Below are positions 39,512-49,890 of a stretch of 64,000 bases of DNA, piece by piece; positions within the stretch are counted from its first letter, which is position 1; the number at the start of each line of letters is the position of its first letter. The notes beneath the pieces are model-generated. The model did not search any database and was not told the origin of the DNA. It worked only from the letters and a program-made list of their open reading frames with translations. A program made the translations under genes and the position numbers. Source of the DNA: an uncultured Myxococcales bacterium (GTDB lineage Bacteria; Myxococcota_A; UBA9042); assembly GCA_903842345.1 (NCBI GenBank), contig CAIMLR010000039.1, forward strand, positions 140,268 to 204,267, given 5' to 3'.

Positions 39512-40348
39512 CTACAGTCCGCACAACGACGGCGCACACTTGGCCGAGTTGGCGTTGCAGGCGAAACCGACGGCGCATTCGTTGTCGGCCTTGCAGGTGA
39601 CCCCGGACTTGCCGCCGCCGTCCCACGGCTCGCAGGCAAAACCGGAGCTGCACTTGAAGCCCTGGGCGCAGGCGTCGGAGAGTTCGCACGTGCTGTTGCG
39701 CTTGCCGCAGACGGTGGCGCGGGTCACCTTGGTGTTCAGGCAGTCCAGGTCAATGCTGCACGGCTTGCCCAGGTTGCAGCCATCGCCGTCCGCGCCGGCC
39801 TTGCGGCACGCATAGCTGTCCGTCGTGACGGGATCACAGCGCCCGCCAAAACTGTCGCACGCGATGGGCGCCGTTGCGGTGCAGGTGTCGCCCTTGGACG
39901 CGCTGTCCAGCCACGCCAGCAGGCATTGCCGGCGTGCGGCCTGGATTCCCAGGTAGTCGCAACCCGTCGCCGCGGCATTCAGGGCGGCGTGGCACGCCTT
40001 GCCGCGCGTCGCATCCAGCTTGACCACGCCCGCCGCGCTGGCGTCGTCAATGCCGGCAAAGCCGACCTTCAGGCACGCCGCCGTCTCGTTGGCGACGCAA
40101 TCCGCGCTGGTCCCGGCCTGACAGCAGGCCATGGCCGTGATGCAAACCTGCGATGCAATGTCCGCGCACATCTGCGCGGCCGGGCTGAGTTGCACCGCAA
40201 CGTCGGCACCGGTATCCAGCGGACCCGCCGCGTCAAAGCCGGCATCCGCGGGGGCGACATCCGCCGCAGCGTCGATCGCCGCCTCCGTCGCCGCCTTGGA
40301 TCCGCACGCCGCAAGCAGCGCAAGCGCCAGGAACAATCGCTTCGTCAT
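39512..40348 (-). CDS. Cys-rich lipoprotein
   Basis: MTKRLFLALALLAA-C lipobox; many Cys in EGF/Dickkopf-like spacing. Confidence 0.8.
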   Translation of the reverse strand: MTKRLFLALALLAACGSKAATEAAIDAAADVAPADAGFDAAGPLDTGADVAVQLSPAAQMCADIASQVCITAMACCQAGTSADCVANETAACLKVGFAGIDDASAAGVVKLDATRGKACHAALNAAATGCDYLGIQAARRQCLLAWLDSASKGDTCTATAPIACDSFGGRCDPVTTDSYACRKAGADGDGCNLGKPCSIDLDCLNTKVTRATVCGKRNSTCELSDACAQGFKCSSGFACEPWDGGGKSGVTCKADNECAVGFACNANSAKCAPSLCGL

Positions 40349-40361
40349 CGTCGCCTCGTCG

Positions 40362-40865
40362 CTAGATTTTGCCGCCGTTGGTGATCCAGCGCTGGGTGAA
40401 ATCGGCCGCCTGCTGGTAGCTCTTTTCCACGTCGGCGATGATGCCCTTCTCGATCAAGCTGTTGATCATGAAGTTGACCGAGACGCTGACGCTGCCATCG
40501 ACGCGCCGCACCACGGCGTTGCCGTCCTGGCGAAACGAAAACGTGCCGTTGGACGCGATCTTGTCGGGCATGATGCCGGAGATGGTCTTCCAGGTGCCGC
40601 GGAAACTGCCGAACGTGTAGTCGCAGTGCTCCACGTAGACGATCTTGCTGCTGCCAATCACCTTGGCTGCGGGCGCGGGCAGCTCGCGATCCGGGCTGAC
40701 GCGCACCTGGCGATGGAGTTTCTCGCCCTGATGGTCCAGCTTGACCAACGTGCGCTCCAGCTTGACGGTCTGGCACAGCGCCTCGTTGAAGGCCTCGTCA
40801 AAATAGAGCTTCTCATAGTCCGCGAGCGTGATGCCGGAGAACCGGTGTTCGACCTGAAATTGCAT
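40362..40865 (-). CDS. DUF2505-like (SRPBCC/START-like fold) protein
   Basis: RBS GGAGG; sequence pattern of a ~170-aa START-like protein ending in a long helix. Confidence 0.65.
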   Translation of the reverse strand: MQFQVEHRFSGITLADYEKLYFDEAFNEALCQTVKLERTLVKLDHQGEKLHRQVRVSPDRELPAPAAKVIGSSKIVYVEHCDYTFGSFRGTWKTISGIMPDKIASNGTFSFRQDGNAVVRRVDGSVSVSVNFMINSLIEKGIIADVEKSYQQAADFTQRWITNGGKI

Positions 40866-40883
40866 GCTTTCCTCCAGAAGGTG

Positions 40884-41771
40884 TCAGTTGGGCGGTTCGG
40901 CTTCGCGCACTTCCAAGTGCAATTCGGCCTGCAGGCCATCGGCGGTGCGTTGGATCTCCAGCGCCATGGGAACTTGGCCCGGGCCGCACGCGTGGACGAA
41001 GGGCCGGATCCCCTCGGCATTGGTGCCGCATGCCGTCGCGGCGGCCGTCCGCAGCGCTTCGCTGGGGTCGTGGATCAGCACGCTGAGCTGCGCGAGGCCC
41101 TCCGGCAGCAGCCACGCGGAGACCGCCAGCGGCGCTTCGAGTTCGCGCAGGATCGCCCGCCGCAGCGGCTCCGGCAGCGTCTGCGCGCCCAGCGTCTCAA
41201 ACAGGATGAGCGTCGCCGCCAACTGCTCGTGGGCCATGCCGTCGGGCAGCGGCAACGTCAAATCCGTGTACGGCGCCGCGGCGTTGACCGATCGGCGCAG
41301 GCCAAGGCAATGGTCAATGCCGCGTTCGGCCGCCCACTGCAGCAGCGCGTCCAGCGCGTCGCTCGGCGGCAGCAGGCCGAGGACGTCTTTCAGGTGCATC
41401 GGCGAGGGCAGGAACCAGCCGCCATCCACGCCCTGCGGGCCGATCTCCAGCCACGAACCCAGCACGACCGGGTCGAGCGTGGCAAGCGCTTCATCCAGCG
41501 CCGCAAGCTCGCTCGGCGCACCGCCCGCCAGCGACAGGAACGCGCGGGTCGATTGCGCCATCCGCAGCGTCGCGCCCGCCGCCCGCAGCGTCAGGCGTTT
41601 CTGATCCAGCGTCACGCTCGCCGCCAGCGCCATGTCCGGCCACTGGCCCATGAGCGGCGCCGGCAGCGCTTTGAGCCACACGTTGATGGCCTCACGCTCT
41701 GCGGACGAATGCCCGGGCAGCAGCGCGATGGCGTTCAGGAGTTCTTGGCGGGGATCGTCGGGTTGCAGCAT
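40884..41771 (-). CDS. Hypothetical protein (start 41771 or 41807)
   Basis: ORF in operon orientation between the BatA and DUF2505 genes. Confidence 0.55.
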   Translation of the reverse strand: MLQPDDPRQELLNAIALLPGHSSAEREAINVWLKALPAPLMGQWPDMALAASVTLDQKRLTLRAAGATLRMAQSTRAFLSLAGGAPSELAALDEALATLDPVVLGSWLEIGPQGVDGGWFLPSPMHLKDVLGLLPPSDALDALLQWAAERGIDHCLGLRRSVNAAAPYTDLTLPLPDGMAHEQLAATLILFETLGAQTLPEPLRRAILRELEAPLAVSAWLLPEGLAQLSVLIHDPSEALRTAAATACGTNAEGIRPFVHACGPGQVPMALEIQRTADGLQAELHLEVREAEPPN

Positions 41772-41790
41772 GGGGTCCGAAGCATAGCGG

Positions 41791-43959
41791 TCATGCGGGA
41801 TTCGCAAAAGTCCTCGCGGGCCGTCCGAGCATCCCGCCGCGCAGAATCAGCACGCCCTCAAAAAGCAGCAGCCCCAGCAGGATCAGGATCACGCCCGACC
41901 ACGCCGGCGACTTGGCCACGTGGCGCGTCGACTTGCGGTCCGCGGAGTCCGCCATCAGCAGCGCGCCGGTCTTGGCCGGCACCAGCCGACTCTCGCGCAG
42001 CGGCGGCACCGTCACGAGCAGCCGGGAGGTCAGCGCGGTACCGTTCTTGAGTTCCGTCGCCGTGTAGCGCCCCGGCTCGTCCAAGCCGGTGACCTGCCAC
42101 GAATGGCCGCGCTGCGCCGCTGCGGGCAGGGAAAGCGTCGGCGCGACCGGGCCAAACGGCCGCGAATCCAGCTTGACCTCCAGATCGGTCGCGCGCTCGT
42201 CGCGGCCCAGCACGGCGACATCGCCGACCTCGACCGCGCCGCGCCGCTCCAGCCCGCGGTCGCCGGCGAGACTCCGCACCACTTCACTGACCAGCGGCAG
42301 GAAACCGGGCTGCAGCGCCAGATCGGCCCAATCCAGGTCGATCGTCGTCGTCAGGAGCGCGACCTGCCCGCGCCCCTTGGGCGACAGGACGAGCGCGGGC
42401 GCGCCATCGGCATAGCGCAGCACTGCTTGATCGGCCAGCGTAAGTGAAGGCTCCAGCAGCGCGTGCCGCCGCACGGTCACGGCGCCAAGCGTGTCGCCCA
42501 CCGATGCCGCCAACGCCGTCCGCAAGCGCTGGACCGACGCGGTCACTGCGGAATGCGGGCTGTTCGGCTCCACGCGCAGCGCCGTCGTGGGCCTTTGGCG
42601 CTGGCCGGCACTCGACTCCGCGGCGCGCTGGCCATAGACGCGCACAGGCAGCAGGCCCGGCAGCCAGCTCGCGGGATCCGCCGGCAGGTTGTCGCCAACG
42701 GTCAGCAGCAGCCCTTTGCCGGCCAGCACGGACGCCTCGATGCCCGCCGCGAGCTCCGCCGACAGCTCCGCAACGTTGGCCAGCACCAGCACATCGTAGT
42801 CGCGCAGCGCCTCAACGGACAGACTCGGCAGTTGCAGCGTGTCGGCCGTGAGCGCACCGGGCCGATCCGCGCTCAATTCCAGGGCGCGCGCCAGGAACCA
42901 CGCCTCATCGTCCCGCGGAACGGGCCGCGGCGCGCCGTTGATGATCGCCACGCGCACGCCCGCCGCGCCGTCCAGCCGCACTTGCCGGTAGTTGTCGACG
43001 TCCAGCGCGTCGTCGGGCAGGCGAATTTCTGCCATGGGCGCCGACGCCGTCACCTGAAAACTGCGCTGCGCCGTGCCGCCGACAGGCAACTCCACCAGGC
43101 TCTGCCACTCGCGTTCGGCCACTTTCACCGTCAGATAGCCGCGGTAGGGCCGCTCGCCGTAGTGCTGCACGGTCACGTCCAGACGCACCTGATCCGGGCC
43201 GCGATCGGTCTGCGGCACGACGACGGCGTCGGTAATGGCGGCGTTTTCGCGCGATCCGGGCTCTACGCGGTCCACGCGCACCCGCACGGGCACGCCCGCA
43301 CGCGTCTGGGACGGCAACGCGACGCCCTGCCAGCCGCTCGCCTGCAGATCCGTCAGCACCAGCAGGCGCCTGTCGTCCAGGTCCGCGGTTTGCAGCACGT
43401 TGTCCGCCAGCGCCAGCGCGCGCGCCGCGTCGTCCTTGCGCGGGCGGTGCGGCAGCAGGCGGATGGCGTCCAGCACGGCGCTGCGATCGCTTGTCAACTG
43501 CCGGGTCAGGAGCCGCGCCGGAAAGCCGGAAGCGACGACGGCCACCTTGGAGCCGGCGGGCAGACGCTCCACGGTCACCAACGCGCGGGCGCGGAGGCGA
43601 TCAAACACCGTCTCGGAGCCGCTCGTGCGGGCCCGCGTGGACATGCTGTCGTCCAGCACGATGACGGCGGCCACGGGGCGGTCGCCCGTATCAATGCCTT
43701 CAGCCGCGGCGCCGGGCAACGCAATCATCGGCCGGGACAGCGCGATGGCGACGAGCGCCACGGCCAACGCGCGCACTGCCACAAGCAGCCACTCGTTGAC
43801 GCGCAGCGCCCGTGCCTCGCGCGGGTGACTCGCCAGGATGAACGCCAACGCGGCAAACCGGATCGTCGGCGCGTGCCGGCGGCCAAAAAGATGCAAAGCG
43901 ATCGGCAGACCTGCTGCGAGCAGGCCGATCAGCATCCACGGGTTGCCGAAATCAATCAT
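41791..43959 (-). CDS. BatA N-terminal + VWA domain membrane protein
   Basis: F.NPWMLIGL...PIALHL BatA motif, LSRP, MIDAS DDSMS, LTDLQ, glutaminase-like YDVLVLANV domain, C-terminal TM segment. Confidence 0.88.
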   Translation of the reverse strand: MIDFGNPWMLIGLLAAGLPIALHLFGRRHAPTIRFAALAFILASHPREARALRVNEWLLVAVRALAVALVAIALSRPMIALPGAAAEGIDTGDRPVAAVIVLDDSMSTRARTSGSETVFDRLRARALVTVERLPAGSKVAVVASGFPARLLTRQLTSDRSAVLDAIRLLPHRPRKDDAARALALADNVLQTADLDDRRLLVLTDLQASGWQGVALPSQTRAGVPVRVRVDRVEPGSRENAAITDAVVVPQTDRGPDQVRLDVTVQHYGERPYRGYLTVKVAEREWQSLVELPVGGTAQRSFQVTASAPMAEIRLPDDALDVDNYRQVRLDGAAGVRVAIINGAPRPVPRDDEAWFLARALELSADRPGALTADTLQLPSLSVEALRDYDVLVLANVAELSAELAAGIEASVLAGKGLLLTVGDNLPADPASWLPGLLPVRVYGQRAAESSAGQRQRPTTALRVEPNSPHSAVTASVQRLRTALAASVGDTLGAVTVRRHALLEPSLTLADQAVLRYADGAPALVLSPKGRGQVALLTTTIDLDWADLALQPGFLPLVSEVVRSLAGDRGLERRGAVEVGDVAVLGRDERATDLEVKLDSRPFGPVAPTLSLPAAAQRGHSWQVTGLDEPGRYTATELKNGTALTSRLLVTVPPLRESRLVPAKTGALLMADSADRKSTRHVAKSPAWSGVILILLGLLLFEGVLILRGGMLGRPARTFANPA

Positions 43960-43971
43960 CCCGGCTTGCTA

Positions 43972-44553
43972 TCAGCCCAGGTTGGCGTTGGCAAATTCCC
44001 AGTTGACCAAGCTGTCGAGGAACGTCTCCGCCCACTTCTGCCGCAGGTTGCGGTAGTCGATGTAGTAGGCGTGCTCCCACACGTCGATCGTGATGATCGC
44101 GGTCTGACCAGCCTTCATCGGCAGGTCGGCGTTGGACGTCTTGGTGATCTTCAGCTTGCCGCCGTCGAGCACGAGCCACGCCCAGCCGGAGCCGAACTGG
44201 CCCATGGCGGCCGCGATGAACTCGGCGCGAAACGCGTCGTAGCTGCCAAAATCGGCGTCGATCTTCGCGGCGATCTTGCCGGTTGGCTTGCCGCCGCCAG
44301 CGGGCTTCATGCTGTTCCAGAAGAACGTGTGGTTCCACACCTGCGCGGCGTTGTTGAACACCGGGCCGTCCGACGACAAGATGATCTGCTCCAGCGTCTT
44401 GGTGCCGTCAGCCTTGCCGTCGTCGATGAACTTGTTGAGGTTCACGACGTAGGCATTGTGGTGCTTGCCGTAGTGGTACTCGAGCGTTTCAGCAGTCAGG
44501 TACGGGGCAAGCGCGTCTTTGGCGTAGGGCAGCGGTGCGAGGGTGATGGCCAT
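43972..44553 (-). CDS. sodB: Fe/Mn superoxide dismutase (Fe-type)
   Basis: LPYAKDALAP, HYGKHHNAYV, FNNAAQVWNHTFFW, FGSGWAWL, DVWEHAYY. Confidence 0.96.
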   Translation of the reverse strand: MAITLAPLPYAKDALAPYLTAETLEYHYGKHHNAYVVNLNKFIDDGKADGTKTLEQIILSSDGPVFNNAAQVWNHTFFWNSMKPAGGGKPTGKIAAKIDADFGSYDAFRAEFIAAAMGQFGSGWAWLVLDGGKLKITKTSNADLPMKAGQTAIITIDVWEHAYYIDYRNLRQKWAETFLDSLVNWEFANANLG

Positions 44554-44667
44554 GGAAATCTCCTGATAGGGGTAAACTGGACTGCGCAACGATTTAGGTC
44601 ACACGCGCCCGCTTGGCAAGTGTCCGAGCGAAAGAGGTCGGAGTTGTTGGCGAACGGGGTCGCGGCG

Positions 44668-45846
44668 TCAGCCCTCGTCGGCCAGCAGCACGTCCGTGTC
44701 AACGCCGCCATCGCCATACGCGCCCGCGTCGAGCACCGGATCGGCGCGCTTGCGCAAACGCGCGGTCGCCCGCAGCACTTGGCGCATCACGCCGCGCGGA
44801 TCGATCGACGTATCGACCTGCAGATAGCCAAGGCCGCCGTGGGTCGTGAGCGTCCGCAGCCGCTCACAGTGCTGCGCCATCAGCCGCTGGAAAGCCGGTC
44901 GGGTCAGCCGCGGATCCGTCAGCCGGCGATCGTCGGTCTCCGGGCAGACAAGCGTCGTCGGACCGTGGAAATCCAGATCGCGCTCGCGCGGATGCAGCGT
45001 GTGCAGCAGCAGGACGTCCAAGCCGGTGCGCTTCAGGTCATAGAGCGGCTCGACCGCCAACTCCGGCGCGACAAGGGCGTCCGTCGCCACCACCGCCACA
45101 CCGCGGCGATCCATGCCGCGCCAGGATGCCGGCCCCAGATGGTCCAGCCCCGCCTGACCGCTGGGCACGATGCCCTGCAGACGCTCGCAAATTTGGCTGA
45201 ACTGGCGCAGGCCTGAACCGGTTGGGACGTTCAGCTCCGGCCGGCCAATCACGACGAGCGCGACCGCGTCGCCCTGCCGCACGAGTACCAGCGCGAGGAC
45301 AGCCAGGAGCAACCGCACGGCGTCGAATTTGTCGCTCTGGCCGTCGGCAAAAGCCATGGACGCCGATGCATCCAGCACCAGCGTCAGGCTCGCGTGCACT
45401 TCCTGCTCGTAGCGCTTGATGTAGTAGCGGTCCGTGCGCGCCCACGCTTTCCAGTCCAAGTGGCGCAGATCGTCGCCCGGCGCGTATTCCTTGTGGTCGC
45501 TGAATTCCACGCCGCCGCCGCGCCGCAGGGATCGGTGCAGGCCGCCGGGCTGGCCATCGTCCACCTGCCGCGCCGGCAGCTGCAGCGGCCCGAGGCCCGC
45601 GAGCACTTCCGTGGCGCGCTGCGCCAGGGTCTGACGCTCGACGGCGTCGTCGGCAAACCAGTTCAATTGAGCGTTCCAGGCTTTTTCATGCAGCGCGTCG
45701 TGACCGCGCGGCGCCGGCATGCGCTCCAGGCGACCGCGATCGCGCGGCTTCTGCGGCTGGGTCGGCGCCGACGCCTGCGGCCGGTGCCGTGCTTGCAGCC
45801 ACCGCCCCAGGCCGCCGCCCAAGCCGCCAAAGCCGCGATCCGCCAT
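44668..45846 (-). CDS. DUF58 domain protein
   Basis: GLHRS..RGGGVEFSDHKEY.PGDDLRHLDWK, DASASM. Confidence 0.92.
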   Translation of the reverse strand: MADRGFGGLGGGLGRWLQARHRPQASAPTQPQKPRDRGRLERMPAPRGHDALHEKAWNAQLNWFADDAVERQTLAQRATEVLAGLGPLQLPARQVDDGQPGGLHRSLRRGGGVEFSDHKEYAPGDDLRHLDWKAWARTDRYYIKRYEQEVHASLTLVLDASASMAFADGQSDKFDAVRLLLAVLALVLVRQGDAVALVVIGRPELNVPTGSGLRQFSQICERLQGIVPSGQAGLDHLGPASWRGMDRRGVAVVATDALVAPELAVEPLYDLKRTGLDVLLLHTLHPRERDLDFHGPTTLVCPETDDRRLTDPRLTRPAFQRLMAQHCERLRTLTTHGGLGYLQVDTSIDPRGVMRQVLRATARLRKRADPVLDAGAYGDGGVDTDVLLADEG

Positions 45847-45849
45847 GGG

Positions 45850-46845
45850 CTAGGCCGTCACGGAAGCGGGAATCTCCGCCAGCAGGCGCTCGACAAGCTT
45901 GCGACCGTCCATGCCCTCGGCTTCTGCGCGGAAGCTCGGCACGACGCGATGCGCCACGGTCGCGACCGCCAGCGACCGCACGTCGTCCAGGCTCACCGTG
46001 GCGCGGCCCATCAGCACCGCGCGCGACTTGGCGGCCAGAATGATGCACTGCGACGCCCGCGGGCTCGCGCCGTACGCCAGCAGCGGCCGGAGTCCCGGCG
46101 GGCACATCGCGTCATCGGGTCGCGTGGCGCGGACCAACTTCACCGCGTACTGCAGCACGTGCTCAGCCACCGGCACCGCGCGCGCCAGCGCTTGGATGCG
46201 CAACACCTGCGCGCGGGTCAGCACGGCCTCCACCTTCGGCTGTTCGACACCCGTGGTCCGCCGGACGATCTCCAGCTCTTCTTCCCACGCCGGATAATCA
46301 AAGTGAATCGCCAGCATGAACCGGTCCAACTGCGCTTCCGGCAGCGGGTACGTGCCGTGCTGTTCAATCGGATTCTGCGTCGCCAGCACCAGGAACGGCT
46401 CATCCAGCCCGTGCTGCACGCCGCCGACGGTCACCTTGCGTTCCTGCATCGCCTGCAGCAGGGCCGCCTGGGTCTTGGGCGGCGTGCGGTTGATTTCGTC
46501 CGCCAGCAGGATCTGGGCAAAAACCGGCCCGGGGATGAAGCGGTAGACGCGGTGCCCGGTCGCGCGCTCTTCCTCCAGCACTTCCGTACCCGTCACGTCC
46601 GACGGCATCAGGTCCGGCGTGAATTGAATGCGGCCGAACTTGAGCTGCAGCGTTTCCGACAGCGTCTGGATGAGCAGCGTCTTGGCGAGACCCGGTACGC
46701 CGATCGACAGCGCGTGGCCATTGGCGAACAGCGCGGTCAACAGGAGGTCAATCACCTGATCCTGGCCGACCACGCGCTTGCCAATCTGCGCCAGCACGCG
46801 TTCGCGCGCCGAGCGGGCAAATTCCAGCGCTTCGAGGTCGTCCAT
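45850..46845 (-). CDS. moxR: MoxR family AAA+ ATPase
   Basis: GVPGLAKT, RIQFTPDLMPSD, DEINRTPPKTQAALL, ATQNPIEQ.GTYPLPEAQLDRF; start could be the GTG at 46893. Confidence 0.95.
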   Translation of the reverse strand: MDDLEALEFARSARERVLAQIGKRVVGQDQVIDLLLTALFANGHALSIGVPGLAKTLLIQTLSETLQLKFGRIQFTPDLMPSDVTGTEVLEEERATGHRVYRFIPGPVFAQILLADEINRTPPKTQAALLQAMQERKVTVGGVQHGLDEPFLVLATQNPIEQHGTYPLPEAQLDRFMLAIHFDYPAWEEELEIVRRTTGVEQPKVEAVLTRAQVLRIQALARAVPVAEHVLQYAVKLVRATRPDDAMCPPGLRPLLAYGASPRASQCIILAAKSRAVLMGRATVSLDDVRSLAVATVAHRVVPSFRAEAEGMDGRKLVERLLAEIPASVTA

Positions 46846-46924
46846 CGTCGCTTCCGGAGCCGTGAAATTTTCCGTCGTTGCGGCGCTGTCCACTGCGGGC
46901 CTCAAAGTTGGGTGCGCACGGCCG

Positions 46925-47863
46925 TCACTGGCTGGTCGGGCGCAAGAGCACGCCCAACGTGATGCCGATGACTTCCGTGGTTGTCTTGCTGCCAAACAGC
47001 GTCTGGCTCGCCAGTTCCGTGTAGAAACCGACCAGGCGTTCCGCCGGCCGCCAATGATAGCGCAATGCCGGCGCGAGCGCACCGACAACGCTGTCGTCAC
47101 CCGTATCCAGCGCCACGCCGCCACCGATCAGCAGGTCCAGGCCATGGTCACCCCACTGCCCGCCAATGCCGGCGCGCAGCAGCGTGTACGGATTCCAGCG
47201 GTACGCGCCGTTGTCGGGACGCTGCCAGCCGCCAAACAGCCCGCCAACACGCAGCCCATACGGCAAATCCAGTTCAATGCCCATCGCGATGCCGATGTGC
47301 GCCCACGGCGGACCCCAATCGTTCTTTGTCGGCAGCGAGCCGTGAACGCCGATGAGGTACGACATCCGCTGCGGCAAATCACTGTGCACGCGCGGCGGCG
47401 GGGCAAACCGCGGCAGGTCCGTCGGGGTTACGCCCAGCGGCGCCAGCACGGCGTGATTCTCCACCTGCGGCGTCCAATCGAGCGCGTCCGTCTGCGCCGC
47501 CAGCAGCGCCGCGGTGTAGTCCTGATAGACGTTGGGCGGCGTTGTCGCGCGTTCCAGCCGATTGTGCGGCGACAGGTTCAGCCACGCGGCAAAATGCTGG
47601 CGCGCCGCGTCATGCTGGTCCAGGCGCGCGGCGGCAAACGCCAGGAGGCGGAATTGCTCGGATTCCTGACCGGGCGCAACAGCCGCGCCGCTGAGAACGC
47701 GCAGCACGCAGGCCAAATCGCCGGTCGCGTAGCATTGCTGCGCCTCCGCGATGGCGTCGCGCACTGGCGGTTTCGCGGCAAAAGCCGGCACCGCCAGTGC
47801 GCAAACGCACAGACTCAACAGCACGCGCCGGACGCGGCTGGTCATCGCGAAAGGACGGGGCAT
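46925..47863 (-). CDS. Secreted hypothetical protein (TPR-like N-terminus, beta-rich C-terminus)
   Basis: Signal peptide ...VPAFA; helical N-terminal half and alternating hydrophobic beta strands. Confidence 0.6.
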   Translation of the reverse strand: MPRPFAMTSRVRRVLLSLCVCALAVPAFAAKPPVRDAIAEAQQCYATGDLACVLRVLSGAAVAPGQESEQFRLLAFAAARLDQHDAARQHFAAWLNLSPHNRLERATTPPNVYQDYTAALLAAQTDALDWTPQVENHAVLAPLGVTPTDLPRFAPPPRVHSDLPQRMSYLIGVHGSLPTKNDWGPPWAHIGIAMGIELDLPYGLRVGGLFGGWQRPDNGAYRWNPYTLLRAGIGGQWGDHGLDLLIGGGVALDTGDDSVVGALAPALRYHWRPAERLVGFYTELASQTLFGSKTTTEVIGITLGVLLRPTSQ

Positions 47864-48160
47864 TTAGGCCGGGAACTCTTCAGACACGGACTTCTCCAGC
47901 TTCTGCTGGATCATGCCCTTGGCCATCTTGGCGGCAAAGCCCTTGAGCTCGATTTCCGCCTTGATTTCGCTGTCCGACACGCCAAACTGGGCGGTGAACA
48001 TCTTGCCTTCCGCGGTCGCGCTGCGCTTGTCGTCCGCCCAGGTCACGGTCTCGATCATGTTGCCGTACGACTCCTGGAACTTGCCGACCAGCGTGTGCAG
48101 CTTGGTGGTGGCGAGTTCGGTCGGGAAGCTGTGCTTGCGGGTCAGATTGCAGTCGGCCAT
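47864..48160 (-). CDS. Polyhydroxyalkanoic acid system family-like small protein
   Basis: RBS AGGAG; 98 aa with MA....RKHS, TW and KM.KGMI...L pattern. Confidence 0.6.
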   Translation of the reverse strand: MADCNLTRKHSFPTELATTKLHTLVGKFQESYGNMIETVTWADDKRSATAEGKMFTAQFGVSDSEIKAEIELKGFAAKMAKGMIQQKLEKSVSEEFPA

Positions 48161-48210
48161 GACATACTCCTTGTGGACAAAAAGCTACGGAAAACAGTGA
48201 CATGCAACGG

Positions 48211-48639
48211 CTAACTGCCGGTCACGTCCTCTGGCAGGTGTTCAGCATCGCGAAAAATCCGGAAGAAGCCGAGGTTCTCGGCGCCGCGCAGGACGTCCCC
48301 GTAGAAGACGGCTTCGCCGACGTGGCCTTTGAGCGTGCGCAGCTCAGACGGATCGGGATTCTGCGCGCCCGCATCGCAATTCGGCCGGTTGGCGTCGTAA
48401 GTCAGCGTCACGCGGCGATTCGGATCGACATCCACGCTGCAGACGGTGAAGCGGGCAAACGCTTTGCCGGGCTCGCGCACTTCCAGCCAGCCCTTTTGGC
48501 CGTCGTCCTGGATGTGCAGCAGGAGCGGGTGAGCGGCGATCGGGCCGCGATCAAAAGTACCGTGCCAATTGCCGGCCATCGGCGCACCACAGGCGACAAA
48601 CAGCATGAGCGGCAACAGCAAAATCCAGAAGCGGGGCAT
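48211..48639 (-). CDS. Hypothetical lipoprotein
   Basis: MPRFWILLLPLMLFVA-C lipobox, GAGGT RBS. Confidence 0.65.
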   Translation of the reverse strand: MPRFWILLLPLMLFVACGAPMAGNWHGTFDRGPIAAHPLLLHIQDDGQKGWLEVREPGKAFARFTVCSVDVDPNRRVTLTYDANRPNCDAGAQNPDPSELRTLKGHVGEAVFYGDVLRGAENLGFFRIFRDAEHLPEDVTGS

Positions 48640-48778
48640 AACCACCTCATCGCCAGCAAGACCGGCGCGCAGAGTGTAACACGCTCGCAGAAAGCGGACC
48701 AGAAGACGCCAACGCGCGTTGAGCTTTGCCGCCAGCCTGCTACCCTGTCGCGGGCGCAGAATTACCACGGAGAACGCA

Positions 48779-49888
48779 ATGACGCGACGAATTGGCCTCT
48801 TGACGGGCGGCGGCGACTGCCCCGGACTGAACGCAGTGATTTGGGCAGTTGTGCGGACGTGCGCGGAATCCGGCGTGGAAGTCCTTGGCATTCCAGATGG
48901 ATTTGAAGGATTGGTCGAGCCAGGCGAGATGCGCCATTTGGGCATCGCGGAAGTGCGCGACATCTTCTCGCGCGGCGGCACCGTGCTCGGCAGCACCAAC
49001 CGCGGCAATCCGTTCAAGTACGTGCACAACGTCGGCGGCATCGAGGTCACGGAAGACCGCAGCCAGCAGATTGTCGACAACATCAAAAAGCTCGGCATGG
49101 ACGGCCTGATCGCCATCGGCGGCGACGGCACGCTGTCGATTGCCCACGAACTCAACTTGATGGGCGCGAACGTCATCGGCGTGCCCAAGACCATCGACAA
49201 CGACCTGGGCAGCACGGACAACACGTTCGGCTTCTTCACCGCGGTGGAAACTGCGATGGAAGCGCTGGACCGGCTGAAGACGACTGGCGAGTCGCACGAC
49301 CGCGTGATGATCATGGAAGTGATGGGCCGCTACGCCGGCTGGATCGCCCTGGAGAGCGGGCTGACGGGCGGCGCGCACATCATCCTGATCCCGGAAATTC
49401 CGTACTCGGTGGAATCCGTGCTCGCGCGGATCCGCCGCCATTGGGACGAGGAACACCGCAATTACACGCTGATCGTCGTGGCGGAAGGCGCATTTCCGGC
49501 GGGCGGCCAGGTACAGCACATTGAGGGCGGCCGTTCGGGCAGCGTCGCGCGCTTGGGTGGCGCGGGTGCTCGCCTGGAATACGCGCTGCGCGAGGCGATG
49601 GCAGAGTGGGATCGGCCGCGCGGCGCGCCGGAAGTCCGGACGACAGTGCTGGGCCACATCCAGCGCGGCGGCTCGCCGTGTGCGTACGATCGGCTGATTT
49701 CCCTGCGTTTTGGCGCTGAAGCCGCGACGCTGGCGCTCAACGGCCAATGGAATCGGATGGTCTGCCTGCGGGGCACCGCCATCGAGAACGTTCCGCTGGT
49801 CGAAGGCATCGACAAGCCGCACAACGTCGATCCGCAGGGCCAAATGGTCCAGCACGCGCGGGCTGTCGGCATCTGTTTCGGAGACTGA
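48779..49888 (+). CDS. pfkA: 6-phosphofructokinase (group III-type, probably ATP-dependent)
   Basis: TGGGDCPGLN, GGDGT, PKTIDND, MGRYAG, GHIQRGG. Confidence 0.95.
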   Translation: MTRRIGLLTGGGDCPGLNAVIWAVVRTCAESGVEVLGIPDGFEGLVEPGEMRHLGIAEVRDIFSRGGTVLGSTNRGNPFKYVHNVGGIEVTEDRSQQIVDNIKKLGMDGLIAIGGDGTLSIAHELNLMGANVIGVPKTIDNDLGSTDNTFGFFTAVETAMEALDRLKTTGESHDRVMIMEVMGRYAGWIALESGLTGGAHIILIPEIPYSVESVLARIRRHWDEEHRNYTLIVVAEGAFPAGGQVQHIEGGRSGSVARLGGAGARLEYALREAMAEWDRPRGAPEVRTTVLGHIQRGGSPCAYDRLISLRFGAEAATLALNGQWNRMVCLRGTAIENVPLVEGIDKPHNVDPQGQMVQHARAVGICFGD

Positions 49889-49890
49889 CC

